Source of the DNA: Pseudolabrys sp.
Lineage (GTDB): Bacteria > Pseudomonadota > Alphaproteobacteria > Rhizobiales > Xanthobacteraceae
Length of the DNA stretch: 64,000 bases
Direction: 5' to 3'
NCBI GenBank assembly: GCA_051986235.1
Contig: JBPYDR010000076.1
Location: 924-64,923 of the forward strand
The notes beneath the pieces are model-generated. The model had not been told where the DNA came from. It made no database searches and saw nothing but the letters and a program-made list of their open reading frames with translations. Positions 9,499-19,649 of the stretch are shown piece by piece. The translations under genes and the position numbers were made by a program. Every line of letters begins with the position of its first letter. Position 1 is the first letter of the stretch.

Positions 9499-10304
9499 CA
9501 CTGCACCCAGCGCCGCAAATGGCCGGAGCCGTATTCGCACAGCATCACGATGACAATGATCACGATGATAATGGCTGCGGCGGAGCTGAATTCGTAGCGG
9601 TCGAAGGCGGTGTTGAGCGTGGCGCCGATGCCGCCCCCACCGACGATGCCGATCACGGCGGACTCGCGGAAATTAATGTCGAACCGATAGAGACCAAGCC
9701 CGATCATGCGCGGCATCACTTGCGGCTGCACCCCGTAATTGATCCATTGCAGCCAGCTTGCGCCCGAGGCTCGCACGGCCTCCGCCTGCGCGGCGTCCAT
9801 GTCCTCGATATCCTCGGCAAGCAGCTTGCCGTAGAAGCCGATGGTGGCGAACGAAAGCGTCACGAGGCCGGCGAAAGGTCCGAAGCCGAACAGCTTGACG
9901 AAGAAGATGGCGAGGATGACTTCCTGGAAGCTGCGCGAGACCGCGAGCACCGCGCGGCAGAAATAGTAGACCGGCACCGGCGCGATGTTTTTCGCGGCAC
10001 CGATGCCAACGGGAACCGAGAGCGCGATGCCGACGACGGTAGAGACGATCGTCATCCAGAGACTTTCGGCAATGCCTTCAGCGATTTCGTCCCAGCGGCT
10101 TACAAAATCCGGCGGGAAGAACGCAGAGATGAATGCCGCACCGCGCGGTAAACCGTCCCATACTCGGGTCCAGTTCACAGGCGTCGTCTGGAACACCAAA
10201 GCGAGATAGACCGCAGTCCCGATTGCGAGCGTCCAGCGCAGCCAGGCCGACTTGATCAGCGGCGGTTTTTTCCAGCGGCGGGGTGCGGCGACAGCTAGGG
10301 ACAC
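9498..10304 (-). CDS. phnE: Phosphonate/phosphite ABC permease
   Basis: GKLLAEDIED and RFDINFRESAVIGIVGGGGIG. Confidence 0.9.
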   Translation of the reverse strand: MSLAVAAPRRWKKPPLIKSAWLRWTLAIGTAVYLALVFQTTPVNWTRVWDGLPRGAAFISAFFPPDFVSRWDEIAEGIAESLWMTIVSTVVGIALSVPVGIGAAKNIAPVPVYYFCRAVLAVSRSFQEVILAIFFVKLFGFGPFAGLVTLSFATIGFYGKLLAEDIEDMDAAQAEAVRASGASWLQWINYGVQPQVMPRMIGLGLYRFDINFRESAVIGIVGGGGIGATLNTAFDRYEFSSAAAIIIVIIVIVMLCEYGSGHLRRWVQ

Positions 10305-10317
10305 ACGGCCTCTCCGC

Positions 10318-10397
10318 CGTCATGGCCGGGTTTATCCCGGCCATCCACATCTTTTTGGGCCACGACATGGGTACCCGGCACAAGGCGGGACATGACG
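10318..10397. repeat. REP-like palindrome, family A
   Basis: CGTCATGGCCGGGTTTATCCCGGCCATCCAC...CATGACG, between phnC and phnE. Confidence 0.8.
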
Positions 10398-10419
10398 ATT
10401 GTCAGGCAGTTGCCGAGCA

Positions 10420-11271
10420 TCACGTCAGTCCCGCGAGGCGGTTGCGATCAGGACGCGGCGGTTCGAACGGCAGGACATTGTCTTCCGTTTGTTCGTCCGC
10501 CTGCTCATCGACCTTGCGGATTGTCGCTGACCAGTCTTCTTCGCCGTAGATCGACGTCAGCACGGCAGGCGTGAGGTCGTCGGGCGGCCCGTCGTAGACG
10601 ATCTCACCGAGACGCAGGCCGACGATGCGCTCGGCGAACATCTGCGCGAGCATCACATCGTGAATATTGATGATCGCTGACAGCTTGCGTTCGGTGCACA
10701 GTTCCTTGATTAGCCGCATAATCTGCCGCGAGGTCTTCGGATCGAGAGAAGCGGTCGGTTCGTCGACCAGCAGCAGCTCAGGATTCTGGATGAGCGCGCG
10801 GCAGATGCCGACGCGCTGACGCTGTCCGCCGGACAGCTCGTCGGCGCGCTTGTCGGCCATATGATCGAGGCCGACGCGCTCGAGCAGACGGAAGGCTTCG
10901 TCAATATCGGATTGCGGAAAGCGGCGCAGCCAGCTCCGCCAGAAGCCTACATAGCCGAGCCGGCCGGTGAGGACGTTTTCCATCACCGACAGCCGCTCGA
11001 CCAGCGCATATTCCTGGAAGATCATGCCCATGCGGCGGCGCGCACGGCGCAATTCGCCAGCACCGAGCTTCACGATATCGACGCCGTTGAGCTCGATCGA
11101 TCCCGAGGTCGGCTCGACCAGCCGGTTCACGCAGCGGATCACCGTCGACTTGCCCGCACCGGACGGGCCGATCAACGCCATTACCTGCCCGTCAGGCACG
11201 TCGATGTCGATGCCCTTGAGCGCGAGATCGCCCGTGCGATAGCGCTTGGTCAGACCTTTGATGCGCAGCAT
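10420..11271 (-). CDS. phnC: Phosphonate ABC ATP-binding protein
   Basis: [18 protein letters not shown] and DEPTASLDP. Confidence 0.92.
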   Translation of the reverse strand: MLRIKGLTKRYRTGDLALKGIDIDVPDGQVMALIGPSGAGKSTVIRCVNRLVEPTSGSIELNGVDIVKLGAGELRRARRRMGMIFQEYALVERLSVMENVLTGRLGYVGFWRSWLRRFPQSDIDEAFRLLERVGLDHMADKRADELSGGQRQRVGICRALIQNPELLLVDEPTASLDPKTSRQIMRLIKELCTERKLSAIINIHDVMLAQMFAERIVGLRLGEIVYDGPPDDLTPAVLTSIYGEEDWSATIRKVDEQADEQTEDNVLPFEPPRPDRNRLAGLT

Positions 11272-11293
11272 CGTGCCCCCGTCGAGCGCGCAG

Positions 11294-12268
11294 TTATTTG
11301 CAGTTGTATTTTACGCCGCTTGCCGCGTCGATCTTGCGAATGACGCCCCAGTCTTTCTTGTAGGTGATCGGAACGAATTTATCCTCGCCCTTGAATTCCG
11401 CCTGCAGCGCCGAGCCTTCCCAGGGGAACGTGAAGAACGCTTCCTTGATCTTCGCCTGCAAGGCCGGATCGAGATTGTGCGCAACGCCGTAGCCGGTGGT
11501 CGGGAAGGTCTCGGATTTGTAGATCGTGCGGATCTTCGCCTTGTCCACGACATTGCGCTCGAACATGCGGAACATCACCTCGTTGGCGATCGCGGCCGCG
11601 TCGTAATCCTTGTTCGCGACGCCGAGAATAGAATTGTCATGTTTGCCCGAGAACACCGGCTCGTAGTCGCGCTTCGCAGTCAGGTTGAACTCCGATTCGA
11701 GCAAAGCGGATGGCGCCTTGAACCCGGAATTCGATGTCGGCGAGGTGAACGCGAGTTTCTTGCCCTTGATGTCGGCCGGCGTCTTTATCGGGCTATCAGC
11801 CGGCACAATGATCTCCATCTCGTATCCGAAGGTGCCATCCTTTCCGGCCATGATGGCAAAGGGCACAAAGCCCGCGCAATTCACCGCGATCGGATTGGAT
11901 CCCGTGTTGAAGCCCGCAATGTGCAGGCGGCCGGACCGCATGGCTTCGATTTCCGCCGCGTTCGACTGCACGGGGAAGAAAACCACCTTCTTGCCGGTGA
12001 CTTTTTCCATGTGCTTGATGAAGCCATCCCACACCTTGGTGTAGACCGCGGGATCCTCGACCGGCGTATAAGCAAAGATCAGTGTCGGCGGATTGACGAG
12101 TTGCTTGGCATCGGTCGGTGTGTCGGCCACTAGGTCGCCGTCGCGGTCGCAATAAGCCTTGTCGAGATCGCCTCGCGGACAGTCCTGCGCCTGGGATGCA
12201 GCAAGCAGGGTGCCGCTGAACGTAAGTGCAACGAACACGCTCGCGATGACGTTGATCTGCCGTGGCAT
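11294..12268 (-). CDS. phnD: Phosphate/phosphite/phosphonate ABC substrate-binding protein
   Basis: Signal peptide, [10 protein letters not shown] and SGKHD. Confidence 0.88.
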   Translation of the reverse strand: MPRQINVIASVFVALTFSGTLLAASQAQDCPRGDLDKAYCDRDGDLVADTPTDAKQLVNPPTLIFAYTPVEDPAVYTKVWDGFIKHMEKVTGKKVVFFPVQSNAAEIEAMRSGRLHIAGFNTGSNPIAVNCAGFVPFAIMAGKDGTFGYEMEIIVPADSPIKTPADIKGKKLAFTSPTSNSGFKAPSALLESEFNLTAKRDYEPVFSGKHDNSILGVANKDYDAAAIANEVMFRMFERNVVDKAKIRTIYKSETFPTTGYGVAHNLDPALQAKIKEAFFTFPWEGSALQAEFKGEDKFVPITYKKDWGVIRKIDAASGVKYNCK

Positions 12269-12352
12269 GCTGGCCATTCCCCTATACCAAAAACATTCGG
12301 TATTGGAATTGTGGGCTGGATCGCCGCCGGAGATCAAGGCCAAGCCCACACG

Positions 12353-12652
12353 TTACTTCGTAAGCCGCCGTCGGTTTTTCCTCACGCGCCGCTTGTAGAC
12401 GCGGAGCACCTTTGTGGCGACGCGGGGGCCCTTGTCGCCCTTGATCGATGCGATAGTTGCTGCGCTTTGCGCTTCGCCGAGCGCCATCACCTTCTCGGTG
12501 ACCATACGGCGTGCCTCTGATTGGGCCCGGGCGCCGCCCGCGGCGAGGCGCATGAAACGAAGCGCCATGACGCTCTGCGCTTCAAATCCGGTGACGGCCA
12601 CCTGCATCGCCAGCCTGGCCCACGCGTTCCACGCCTGAATTGGGTTCAACAT
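12353..12652 (-). CDS. Hypothetical protein
   Basis: EAQSVMALR...EARRMVTEK...V..N.RRL pattern; GGAG ribosome-binding site. Confidence 0.7.
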   Translation of the reverse strand: MLNPIQAWNAWARLAMQVAVTGFEAQSVMALRFMRLAAGGARAQSEARRMVTEKVMALGEAQSAATIASIKGDKGPRVATKVLRVYKRRVRKNRRRLTK

Positions 12653-12682
12653 TGCATCTCCGGGGATAACGATTTGCACCAT

Positions 12683-13006
12683 CTATGTGGCTTTAACTTT
12701 GACCGCCAGTGTGCGGCCTGGATAAAGCTGACCGTGCGAATGCGACATCGACTCGATCGCAACCGTGTCGCCTGAATCGATGATCAGGCGCGGCAATTCG
12801 GCGTTGTCGAACCAGCCCCACTGCGTCGTTTCCATTGTCGCCGGGAGGACATGCATGCGTCCGGGGTACTTCGAGCCCGGCACGACCGTCAGCTTCTGCG
12901 CGGCCGATTGCGCCGAGATCGGCGGCTGTTGCTGCGCCAGCAGGGCTCCGCCTGCGCAGATCGCCGCCACAGTTGTCGCTACAGCTACTGGTTTGTGAAA
13001 TCGCAT
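12683..13006 (-). pseudogene. Truncated acetamidase/formamidase-family gene (N-terminus only)
   Basis: Signal peptide plus HVLPAT.ETTQWGWFDNA..P.L.IDSGDTVAIE; ORF stops after about 107 aa. Confidence 0.65.
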
Positions 13007-13044
13007 GCGGCGCCCCGCGTTGTTTCTGTTTTCTAGAATAACGA

Positions 13045-14355
13045 TTAGCAACTTCCATGCCACCGGAATAGCGCGGAGGCGCGCGCGGAGCCGAGGCGGA
13101 AGCCGAATTTCGAGAGGACATACAGGCAACCATAGGCAAGCTGCAGGCGCCGCAGCGGCGACAGCCAGGAGCGGGGCTCGTAGAAATCGCCGGCCAATAT
13201 CGTGATCAGTTCGTGGCGCGTGTTGAACAGATCGAACGACGACATGAAGATGTCGCGCAACAGCGGTGAATTGATCCGGTAGATCAGCCAGGACAGCGAA
13301 TTGAGACTGTGCCGGATCTTGCTCTCATATTCGCGCACAAGCCGCTCGCGTGAACCGCGACCATCAAGCAGCTCTTCCACGACGGTTGCCCCGTAAGCCG
13401 CACTGCTCATCGCCATCATGACGCCGCTTGAAAACAGCGGATCGATGAAGGCCGCGGCGTCGCCGACAAGGATATGGTTTTTTCCGACGTAGGACTGCGA
13501 GTGATATGAGTAGTCGGCACACGCGGTCAGCGGACCGATACGCTCGGCATTCTTTATGTGAAACGCAAGGCTGGGAGTTTCGGCCACGGCACTCGCAAAG
13601 AGCGTTTCGAGGTTGGCTTTTCTTTGCTTAAAAAAAGCCTGCGTGCCCACGACGCCAACGCTCGTCACCTCATCGGGCAACGGGATCATCCAGAACCAGC
13701 CGTGCTCGAACAGATAGACGGTGATCATTCCTTCCTTGTCGCCGGAGCGGCGAGGAACGTTGCGAAAATGTCCAAACACGGCCGCGGTGTTGTTGTGCTT
13801 GTTGATGCGCTTCAGTCCAAGCCTGCTTGTGAGCAACGTGTCGCGACCGGTCGCGTCGACGAGAAATCGGGCCGACCACTCGGTCGCTATGCCGTCATCG
13901 TTCAACACCGTAACGTGCGGACCCCGATCGCCATCAAGCGTAACATCGGACACGCGAGCACCCTCCAACACCTTCGCGCCGAGACGCCGGCTGTTGTCGA
14001 GCAGCAATTTATCGAACTCAGCACGCCTGACCTGATAGCTGTGGCCGACGCTCAGATAAGGATTGTCGGCAAATCGAAACGTCGTGGCCGCGTTATGCGC
14101 GTCGGAAACAAGCTCGGCGCCGGGCTTGTAGACGCCAATCCGGTGAACATCGTCGATAATTCCTAGCCGGTCGAATAGAGGCAAATTCAGCGGGAGGAGC
14201 GATTCACCGATGTGGAAGCGAGGAAAATGTTCTTTCTCCAGGACGACGACGTGTTTGTTCTTCTGCGCGAGCAATGCGGCAATGGTCGAGCCGGCGGGAC
14301 CACCGCCGACAACAAGCACATCGCATTCACGACAGTTTGCTATCGTCGCTATCAT
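13045..14355 (-). CDS. FAD-dependent oxidoreductase, flavin-dependent halogenase-like
   Basis: GGGPAG, FPRFHIGES, GWFWMIP (WxWxIP) and GDAAAFIDPLFSSG. Confidence 0.82.
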   Translation of the reverse strand: MIATIANCRECDVLVVGGGPAGSTIAALLAQKNKHVVVLEKEHFPRFHIGESLLPLNLPLFDRLGIIDDVHRIGVYKPGAELVSDAHNAATTFRFADNPYLSVGHSYQVRRAEFDKLLLDNSRRLGAKVLEGARVSDVTLDGDRGPHVTVLNDDGIATEWSARFLVDATGRDTLLTSRLGLKRINKHNNTAAVFGHFRNVPRRSGDKEGMITVYLFEHGWFWMIPLPDEVTSVGVVGTQAFFKQRKANLETLFASAVAETPSLAFHIKNAERIGPLTACADYSYHSQSYVGKNHILVGDAAAFIDPLFSSGVMMAMSSAAYGATVVEELLDGRGSRERLVREYESKIRHSLNSLSWLIYRINSPLLRDIFMSSFDLFNTRHELITILAGDFYEPRSWLSPLRRLQLAYGCLYVLSKFGFRLGSARASALFRWHGSC

Positions 14356-14428
14356 TTTCGCCGAATGATTGAAGCATCGTCGCGCGCCTTCTTTGTGGCA
14401 AGACCGCCAATGGTGCTATCGATTCAGT

Positions 14429-15595
14429 ATGGACGCGTCCGAATCCACCAATTTCTACGAATATTTGCCGGTGTTTCGCGACTTCACCAATGTCGCGGAT
14501 GAAACCTGCTTCACGCCGATGCCCGGCAACTGGGTGGTGGGTGTCGCTGATGTTCAGCAATCGACGGAGGCCATCCGCCAGAACCGCTACAAGGCCGTCA
14601 ACATGGCCGGCGCCGCGGTGATCGCGTCGGTCGCCAATGCGTTGAAGAACCGCGACTTCCCTTTCGTCTTCGGCGGTGACGGAGCGGGCTTGGCTGTGCC
14701 GTCGTCGGACGCTGCCCTTGCCCGGCAGGCACTCGCCGAGACCGCAACATGGGTGAAGGAAGACCTCGATCTAAACCTGCGCATTGGAATGGTTACGGTC
14801 GCCGACATCCGCGCGCGCGGCAATGACGTTCGCGTCGCTCGCTACGTGCCGTCCGACAATATCAGCATCGCCATGTTTTCAGGCGGCGGTCTGGCCTGGG
14901 CCGATGCCGCGATGAAGCGTGGCGAGATCGCCGTGCCGCCCGCCCCGCCCGGCGCCCATCCGGATTTGTCCGGGCTATCGTGCCGCTATGAATTGATTCC
15001 CTCACAACGTGGTCAAATCCTTTCGCTTGTCGTTGTTCCCGGACCAGATGCGCGCGGCCAAGATTTCCGTGCTGCAGTTGAGGCTATCATCCGCATCGTT
15101 GAGAATACGCCGGATGCGTCGCGCCCCGTTACGGGCGCAGGCTTGCGTCTCAAATGGCCACCGCAGGGCTTCGATCTTGAAGCTCGCGCATCGCGCCGCG
15201 CCAGTGAATCGGTCCGAGGGCGCAAGGCCAAGGTCCTGGCCGCAACCTTTCTCTATTTTCTCATCATGCGGCTCGGCGTGCCCGTCGGCGGCTTCGTGCC
15301 GGCGAAGTACACGCAGCAAGTCGTTGAGAATTCAGACTTCCGCAAGTTCGACGATTCACTGCGCATGGTGCTCGATTGTACGCCACAGCTGATCGCTGAG
15401 ATCGAAACTTTTCTGAAAGCGGCAGCCGCCAAAGGCGCGGTCCGGTACGGCATGCATCGGCAGGACTCGGCGATGGTGACCTGCTTCACGCCGTCGCCGA
15501 CCAATCCGAAGCACGTGCATTTTGTGGACGGCGCACAGGGTGGCTATGCGCTCGCGGCGGCGGCGCTCAAGAACAGCCGCGCGCGTGAGGCCTAG
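14429..15595 (+). CDS. DUF3095 family protein
   Basis: ADV..ST.AI...RYKAVNMAGA, FGGDGA, NSDFRKFDD and HFVDGA.GGY. Confidence 0.85.
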   Translation: MDASESTNFYEYLPVFRDFTNVADETCFTPMPGNWVVGVADVQQSTEAIRQNRYKAVNMAGAAVIASVANALKNRDFPFVFGGDGAGLAVPSSDAALARQALAETATWVKEDLDLNLRIGMVTVADIRARGNDVRVARYVPSDNISIAMFSGGGLAWADAAMKRGEIAVPPAPPGAHPDLSGLSCRYELIPSQRGQILSLVVVPGPDARGQDFRAAVEAIIRIVENTPDASRPVTGAGLRLKWPPQGFDLEARASRRASESVRGRKAKVLAATFLYFLIMRLGVPVGGFVPAKYTQQVVENSDFRKFDDSLRMVLDCTPQLIAEIETFLKAAAAKGAVRYGMHRQDSAMVTCFTPSPTNPKHVHFVDGAQGGYALAAAALKNSRAREA

Positions 15596-16980
15596 CCGCG
15601 CGCGCGGGCGCGCGCCGCATTCTCGACCAGCGTCTTGCCAAGGGACCAGATGGCGCCCGGGACGCGATGCGCGTCCGCGATGACCGATTCGAAAGACCGC
15701 TCGATCCAGTCGCAGTCTTCGTCCGTTATGATCAGGGGCGGCAGCAGCTTGATCGTGTGATTCCCGTGTCCTGCGACCTGTGACAGAATCCTGTGTTCCT
15801 TCAGGAGGGGGATCACGATCAACTGACAGAATAACCCGCTGTTCGCCGTCTCGAGCAAATTCCACGATGCCTTGAGCTTCAGCGCGCGAGGTGCGCCGAA
15901 CTCGATGCCGATCATCAGCCCTTTGCCACGCACTTTCTTAACGAGCTCGTGACGCCCGATCATCCGCTCGAAGGTCGCGAGCAGTCGCACGCCTTTCTGT
16001 TCGGCGTTCTCCATCAGCTTTTCGGACTCGATCACCTCAAGCGTGGCGAGGCCGGCCGCCATGGCGAGATCATTCTTAGAAAATGTCGAGCCGTGGACCA
16101 CAGCGCGATCCATGCGATCGAAGACCTTGTCGAAGATCCATTTGCGCGTCAGCACCGCGCCAGATGGGACCTGTCCGCCGGACAGCGATTTGGACAGGAG
16201 AACTATGTCTGGCTCGATGCTCCAATGCTCGCAGGCGAGGAAGCGCCCGGTTCGCCCCAGTCCGGTTTGAATTTCGTCGGCGACGAACAAGGTGCCATGC
16301 TTGCGGCAAAGCTCGACCGCCGAGCGCAGATAGTCGTCGGCGGCGACGCTGACGCATTTGCCCTGGATCGGCTCGACGACGAACGCCGCGATTTTTTTCG
16401 AAGCCAGTGCCTCTTCCAGGGCGCCGAGATCGTTGAACGGCACTTCGACACAGCCGGGCAAAAGCGGGCCGAAGCCATCGCGGAAGATCTTGTCGCCGAT
16501 CAGTGACAGTGAGCCGTTCGTCAGGCCGTGGAAGGCGTGACTGCAATAGACAATTCCGTCGCGACTTGTTGCCGCACGTGCAAACTTAATCGCGGTCTCG
16601 ACCGATTCGGTCCCCGAATTGGCAAAGAACACCTTTTCGAGGTGCGGCACGTAGCGCAGCAGACGCTCGGCAAGCACACCGGCGAGGGCCGACACATCCA
16701 TTTGGACGAGGTTTGGAAAATCGCTGGCGAGGACTTTCCGCAGAGTGTCGTTCACGACCGGATGGTTGCGTCCCAGAGCGAACACACCCCACCCGCTCAG
16801 CAGGTCGAGGTACTGGAGGCCCTGCCGGTCGTATAAATATTGACCTTTGCCGCGCTGGTACGCTCGATCGAAACCAATCGTCTTCAAGACGCGGACCATC
16901 TGCTCGTTCAGATAGCGGGCGTGCAATCCGTACCGGTCGGCGTCCGCCTCTTCCAACAGGCTGTCGACATCAAAACTCAT
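15592..16980 (-). CDS. hpnO: Class III PLP aminotransferase, aminobacteriohopanetriol synthase-like
   Basis: LHARYLNEQMVRVLKTIGFD, DEIQTGLGRTG, LSKSLSGG; divergent from an hpnG-like gene. Confidence 0.82.
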   Translation of the reverse strand: MSFDVDSLLEEADADRYGLHARYLNEQMVRVLKTIGFDRAYQRGKGQYLYDRQGLQYLDLLSGWGVFALGRNHPVVNDTLRKVLASDFPNLVQMDVSALAGVLAERLLRYVPHLEKVFFANSGTESVETAIKFARAATSRDGIVYCSHAFHGLTNGSLSLIGDKIFRDGFGPLLPGCVEVPFNDLGALEEALASKKIAAFVVEPIQGKCVSVAADDYLRSAVELCRKHGTLFVADEIQTGLGRTGRFLACEHWSIEPDIVLLSKSLSGGQVPSGAVLTRKWIFDKVFDRMDRAVVHGSTFSKNDLAMAAGLATLEVIESEKLMENAEQKGVRLLATFERMIGRHELVKKVRGKGLMIGIEFGAPRALKLKASWNLLETANSGLFCQLIVIPLLKEHRILSQVAGHGNHTIKLLPPLIITDEDCDWIERSFESVIADAHRVPGAIWSLGKTLVENAARARARG

Positions 16981-17204
16981 CCAAGTCTCCGAAAGACGCT
17001 CGGAAGTTCCGTACTTTTATGCACAGGGCGGGCGAAAATAGTACCGCCTCGGCGCTGACATGTCATGCCGGGCGCACCGCGCCAATGGCGTGCCGAAGAA
17101 GCAACATCCCCCAAGATGTTAAGGAAACCGCGTGTTTTCTGGGGGTTGCGACGTTGACCATAGGGGCTCCCTTTGGGATAAATACGCTGGGAAGCGGGGT
17201 GCGG

Positions 17205-17906
17205 ATGTCGGGACAGGCGGGCGTCGTTGCCGTTACATGTTTAGCACTTGAAGCCGGCATAGCGCGCGGTCCGGGTGTGTCGGTGCTTTGCAATCAGGGG
17301 TCGGGGCTGCGGGCGGCGTTGCGCGCCGCGATCGAGCGGGGCGCTTCGGGAATCATCAGCTTCGGAATCGCGGGCGGCCTCGCACCGCATCTTGCCGCGG
17401 GGGATTGGGTCGTGGCCTCCGGGGTCGCAAGTGGCGAGGATGTGATTGCGACCGACCGCGCCTGGGCGCAGCGGCTGCTGGAAATCCTTCCCGGCGCCAT
17501 TCACGCAAATGTCGTCGGCGCCAACAACGTCATCGCCAGCCCGAAAGAGAAACTCCAGTTGCACGACGAGACCGGCGCGGCCGCCGTCGATATGGAATCG
17601 CACATCGCGGCCGAAGTCGCCGCCGCGCACGGAATTCCGTTTGCCGCATGCCGGGTCATCCTCGATTCCGCGCACAGAATGCTGCCGCCGGCAGCAACGC
17701 TCGGGCTGCGTCGCGATGGCACGCCGGACGTGCCGGCGGTGCTGCGCTCGGTGCTGCAGCAGCCCGGTCAGCTCTCGAATCTCATTCGCGTGGCGCGCGA
17801 TCACCATGTCGCCCGTCGCGCCCTGCAATCCGGCCGCAAGCAGCTCGGCATCGGATTGGGCTTCCCCTACTACAACAGTCTTGCATTCGACCGCGTTTTT
17901 GCATGA
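17205..17906 (+). CDS. hpnG: Hopanoid-associated nucleoside phosphorylase
   Basis: ISFGIAGGLAP, TGAAAVDMESH and FAACRVILD (PNP/MTAN fold). Confidence 0.8.
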   Translation: MSGQAGVVAVTCLALEAGIARGPGVSVLCNQGSGLRAALRAAIERGASGIISFGIAGGLAPHLAAGDWVVASGVASGEDVIATDRAWAQRLLEILPGAIHANVVGANNVIASPKEKLQLHDETGAAAVDMESHIAAEVAAAHGIPFAACRVILDSAHRMLPPAATLGLRRDGTPDVPAVLRSVLQQPGQLSNLIRVARDHHVARRALQSGRKQLGIGLGFPYYNSLAFDRVFA

Positions 17907-17935
17907 CAACGGCGCCTTGCAGCGCCGGGTGATCA

Positions 17936-19117
17936 ATGCTTCAGCGGAATGACAGTGCCGGCTCGACGTCGCGTCCGGGCAGGACGATCAGAATCGCATC
18001 ACGCGCGGAAATTTCCGCCCTGCCGCAATGGCAATCTGCATTCGCGCGGGAGCGAAAAGATCATCGTTACTATGAACTTCTCGAAGACACCTTGAAGGAT
18101 GGGTTCACCTACGGCTATCTGATCGTCAAGAACGATCGCGCTGTCCGCGCCATCCAGCCTTATTTCCTGGTCGACCAGGATCTGCTCGCCGGTATGAGCG
18201 GCGGCGTGACAAAAATCGTCAGCAGCCTGCGCCGCCTTTGGCCACGTTTCATGCGTGCGCGCGCGCTGATGGTCGGATGCGCCGCCGGCGAAGGGCATCT
18301 CGACGGCGATGACGCGACAAAATCCGAAACGGCCGAAACGCTCGGCCAAGCCTTGCTAGGCGTAGCGGGCGAACTGAAATGCTCGATGATCGTGCTCAAG
18401 GAATTCCCCGCGAAGTACCGCGCGCCGCTGCAATGCATGCTGGGTGAAGGTTTCGCCCGCGTGCCGAGCATGCCGATGACGACGCTCGACATCGACTACA
18501 AGAATTTTGAGGACTACCTGTCGAACTGCCTCAGTCCGCGCACGCGCGGAAAGGTGCGCCGCAAGTTGCGCGCCGCCGAGCGCGCGCAGCCCGAGATCAC
18601 CATGAGCGTCGTCGGCGACGTGACCCCGTTCGTCGATGAAGTCTATCCGCTCTACGAAAAGGTCTACGAACGTTCACCGCTGCAGTTCGAGAAACTCACC
18701 AAGGACTTTCTTTGCGAGGCCGGGCCGCGGATGCCGGATAAGGTCCGCTTCTTCATCTGGCGTCAGGACAGCCACATCATCGCCTTCGGCCTTTGCACAA
18801 TGCAGGGCGACGCGATCTGTCACGAATATGTGGGATTCGATTATGCCGTCGCCTTCGACCTCAATCTTTATTATCGCGTTTTTCACGACATCATCGAATG
18901 GGCCATCGCCAACGGCTACAAGCGCTTCTACAGCGGCAGCCTCAATTACGATCCCAAGTGGCACTTGCGCCAGTCGCTCTACCCCGTCGATCTCTATGTC
19001 CGGCATACCTCGGGCCCCATCAACGCCGTGCTGAAACGGCTGCTTCCGGTGATGGAGCCGACACGCTCCGACCCGATTCTTCCGAACTTCCACAACTACC
19101 GCGAGCTCTGGAGCTGA
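17936..19117 (+). CDS. GNAT/FemAB-like transferase
   Basis: 393 aa with FEDYL..LS..TR.KVRRK, FEKLT..F, Y.G.DY and NYDPK; family assigned by resemblance. Confidence 0.75.
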   Translation: MLQRNDSAGSTSRPGRTIRIASRAEISALPQWQSAFARERKDHRYYELLEDTLKDGFTYGYLIVKNDRAVRAIQPYFLVDQDLLAGMSGGVTKIVSSLRRLWPRFMRARALMVGCAAGEGHLDGDDATKSETAETLGQALLGVAGELKCSMIVLKEFPAKYRAPLQCMLGEGFARVPSMPMTTLDIDYKNFEDYLSNCLSPRTRGKVRRKLRAAERAQPEITMSVVGDVTPFVDEVYPLYEKVYERSPLQFEKLTKDFLCEAGPRMPDKVRFFIWRQDSHIIAFGLCTMQGDAICHEYVGFDYAVAFDLNLYYRVFHDIIEWAIANGYKRFYSGSLNYDPKWHLRQSLYPVDLYVRHTSGPINAVLKRLLPVMEPTRSDPILPNFHNYRELWS

Positions 19118-19143
19118 TCCGCCAGCAGTTTTCAGCCCCTGTC

Positions 19144-19168
19144 GGAACCAGAACAGGCAGTTCCCGTT
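19144..19168 (+). promoter_or_regulatory. EcfG-type promoter
   Basis: GGAAC-cagaacaggcagttcc-CGTT, 40 nt before ATG 19209. Confidence 0.65.
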
Positions 19169-19208
19169 ATCACGCTGGGCGGCCCGTGCCGCATCGCGGG
19201 AACGAGTA

Positions 19209-19640
19209 ATGGCGGCGGATTCAACATCCAGCGAGGTGACCGTGCGGCGGCGGCCCGCGCGCGCGAAGGACAAGGGCGTTGTCGATCTTGTCGGCGATGC
19301 ACTGAAGGAAATCGCTACGCTCATCCACACCGAGCTGCAGCTGTTGCGCGCGGAGATTTCCGAAAAGCTGACCTTCACCGCGCTTTCCGCCGCACTGATC
19401 GGCGCCGGTGCGCTTTTGCTAATGGCAACAATCGTGCTGGTGCTGGAGGCGGCAGTCACGGGCCTTGCTGCCTTCGGCCTTTCCTGGACCGCTTCGACCC
19501 TCACCGTCGCCCTGGTCACGCTCATCGTCGGAGCGGGGCTCATATGGCTGGGCGTCAATCGGCTGAGTGCCGCGCGTCTTGCTCCCACCAGGACAATCGA
19601 CCAACTGCACAAAGACTCAACAATCGCAAAACAACTGTGA
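19209..19640 (+). CDS. Holin-X/YqjE-like two-TM membrane protein
   Basis: L..TELQLLRAEI, two TM helices, LAPTRTI..L.KD. Confidence 0.78.
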   Translation: MAADSTSSEVTVRRRPARAKDKGVVDLVGDALKEIATLIHTELQLLRAEISEKLTFTALSAALIGAGALLLMATIVLVLEAAVTGLAAFGLSWTASTLTVALVTLIVGAGLIWLGVNRLSAARLAPTRTIDQLHKDSTIAKQL

Positions 19641-19649
19641 GGTGACTCT

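Noticed and set aside
16713-17204. N-terminal extension of the hpnG ORF
   Set aside because: It overlaps hpnO antisense and the divergent promoter; family-like sequence begins near 17205.
19209-19640. Holin-like gene as evidence of a prophage
   Set aside because: No phage structural, lysis or integrase genes nearby; the context is a stress operon with DUF3618 and YihY.
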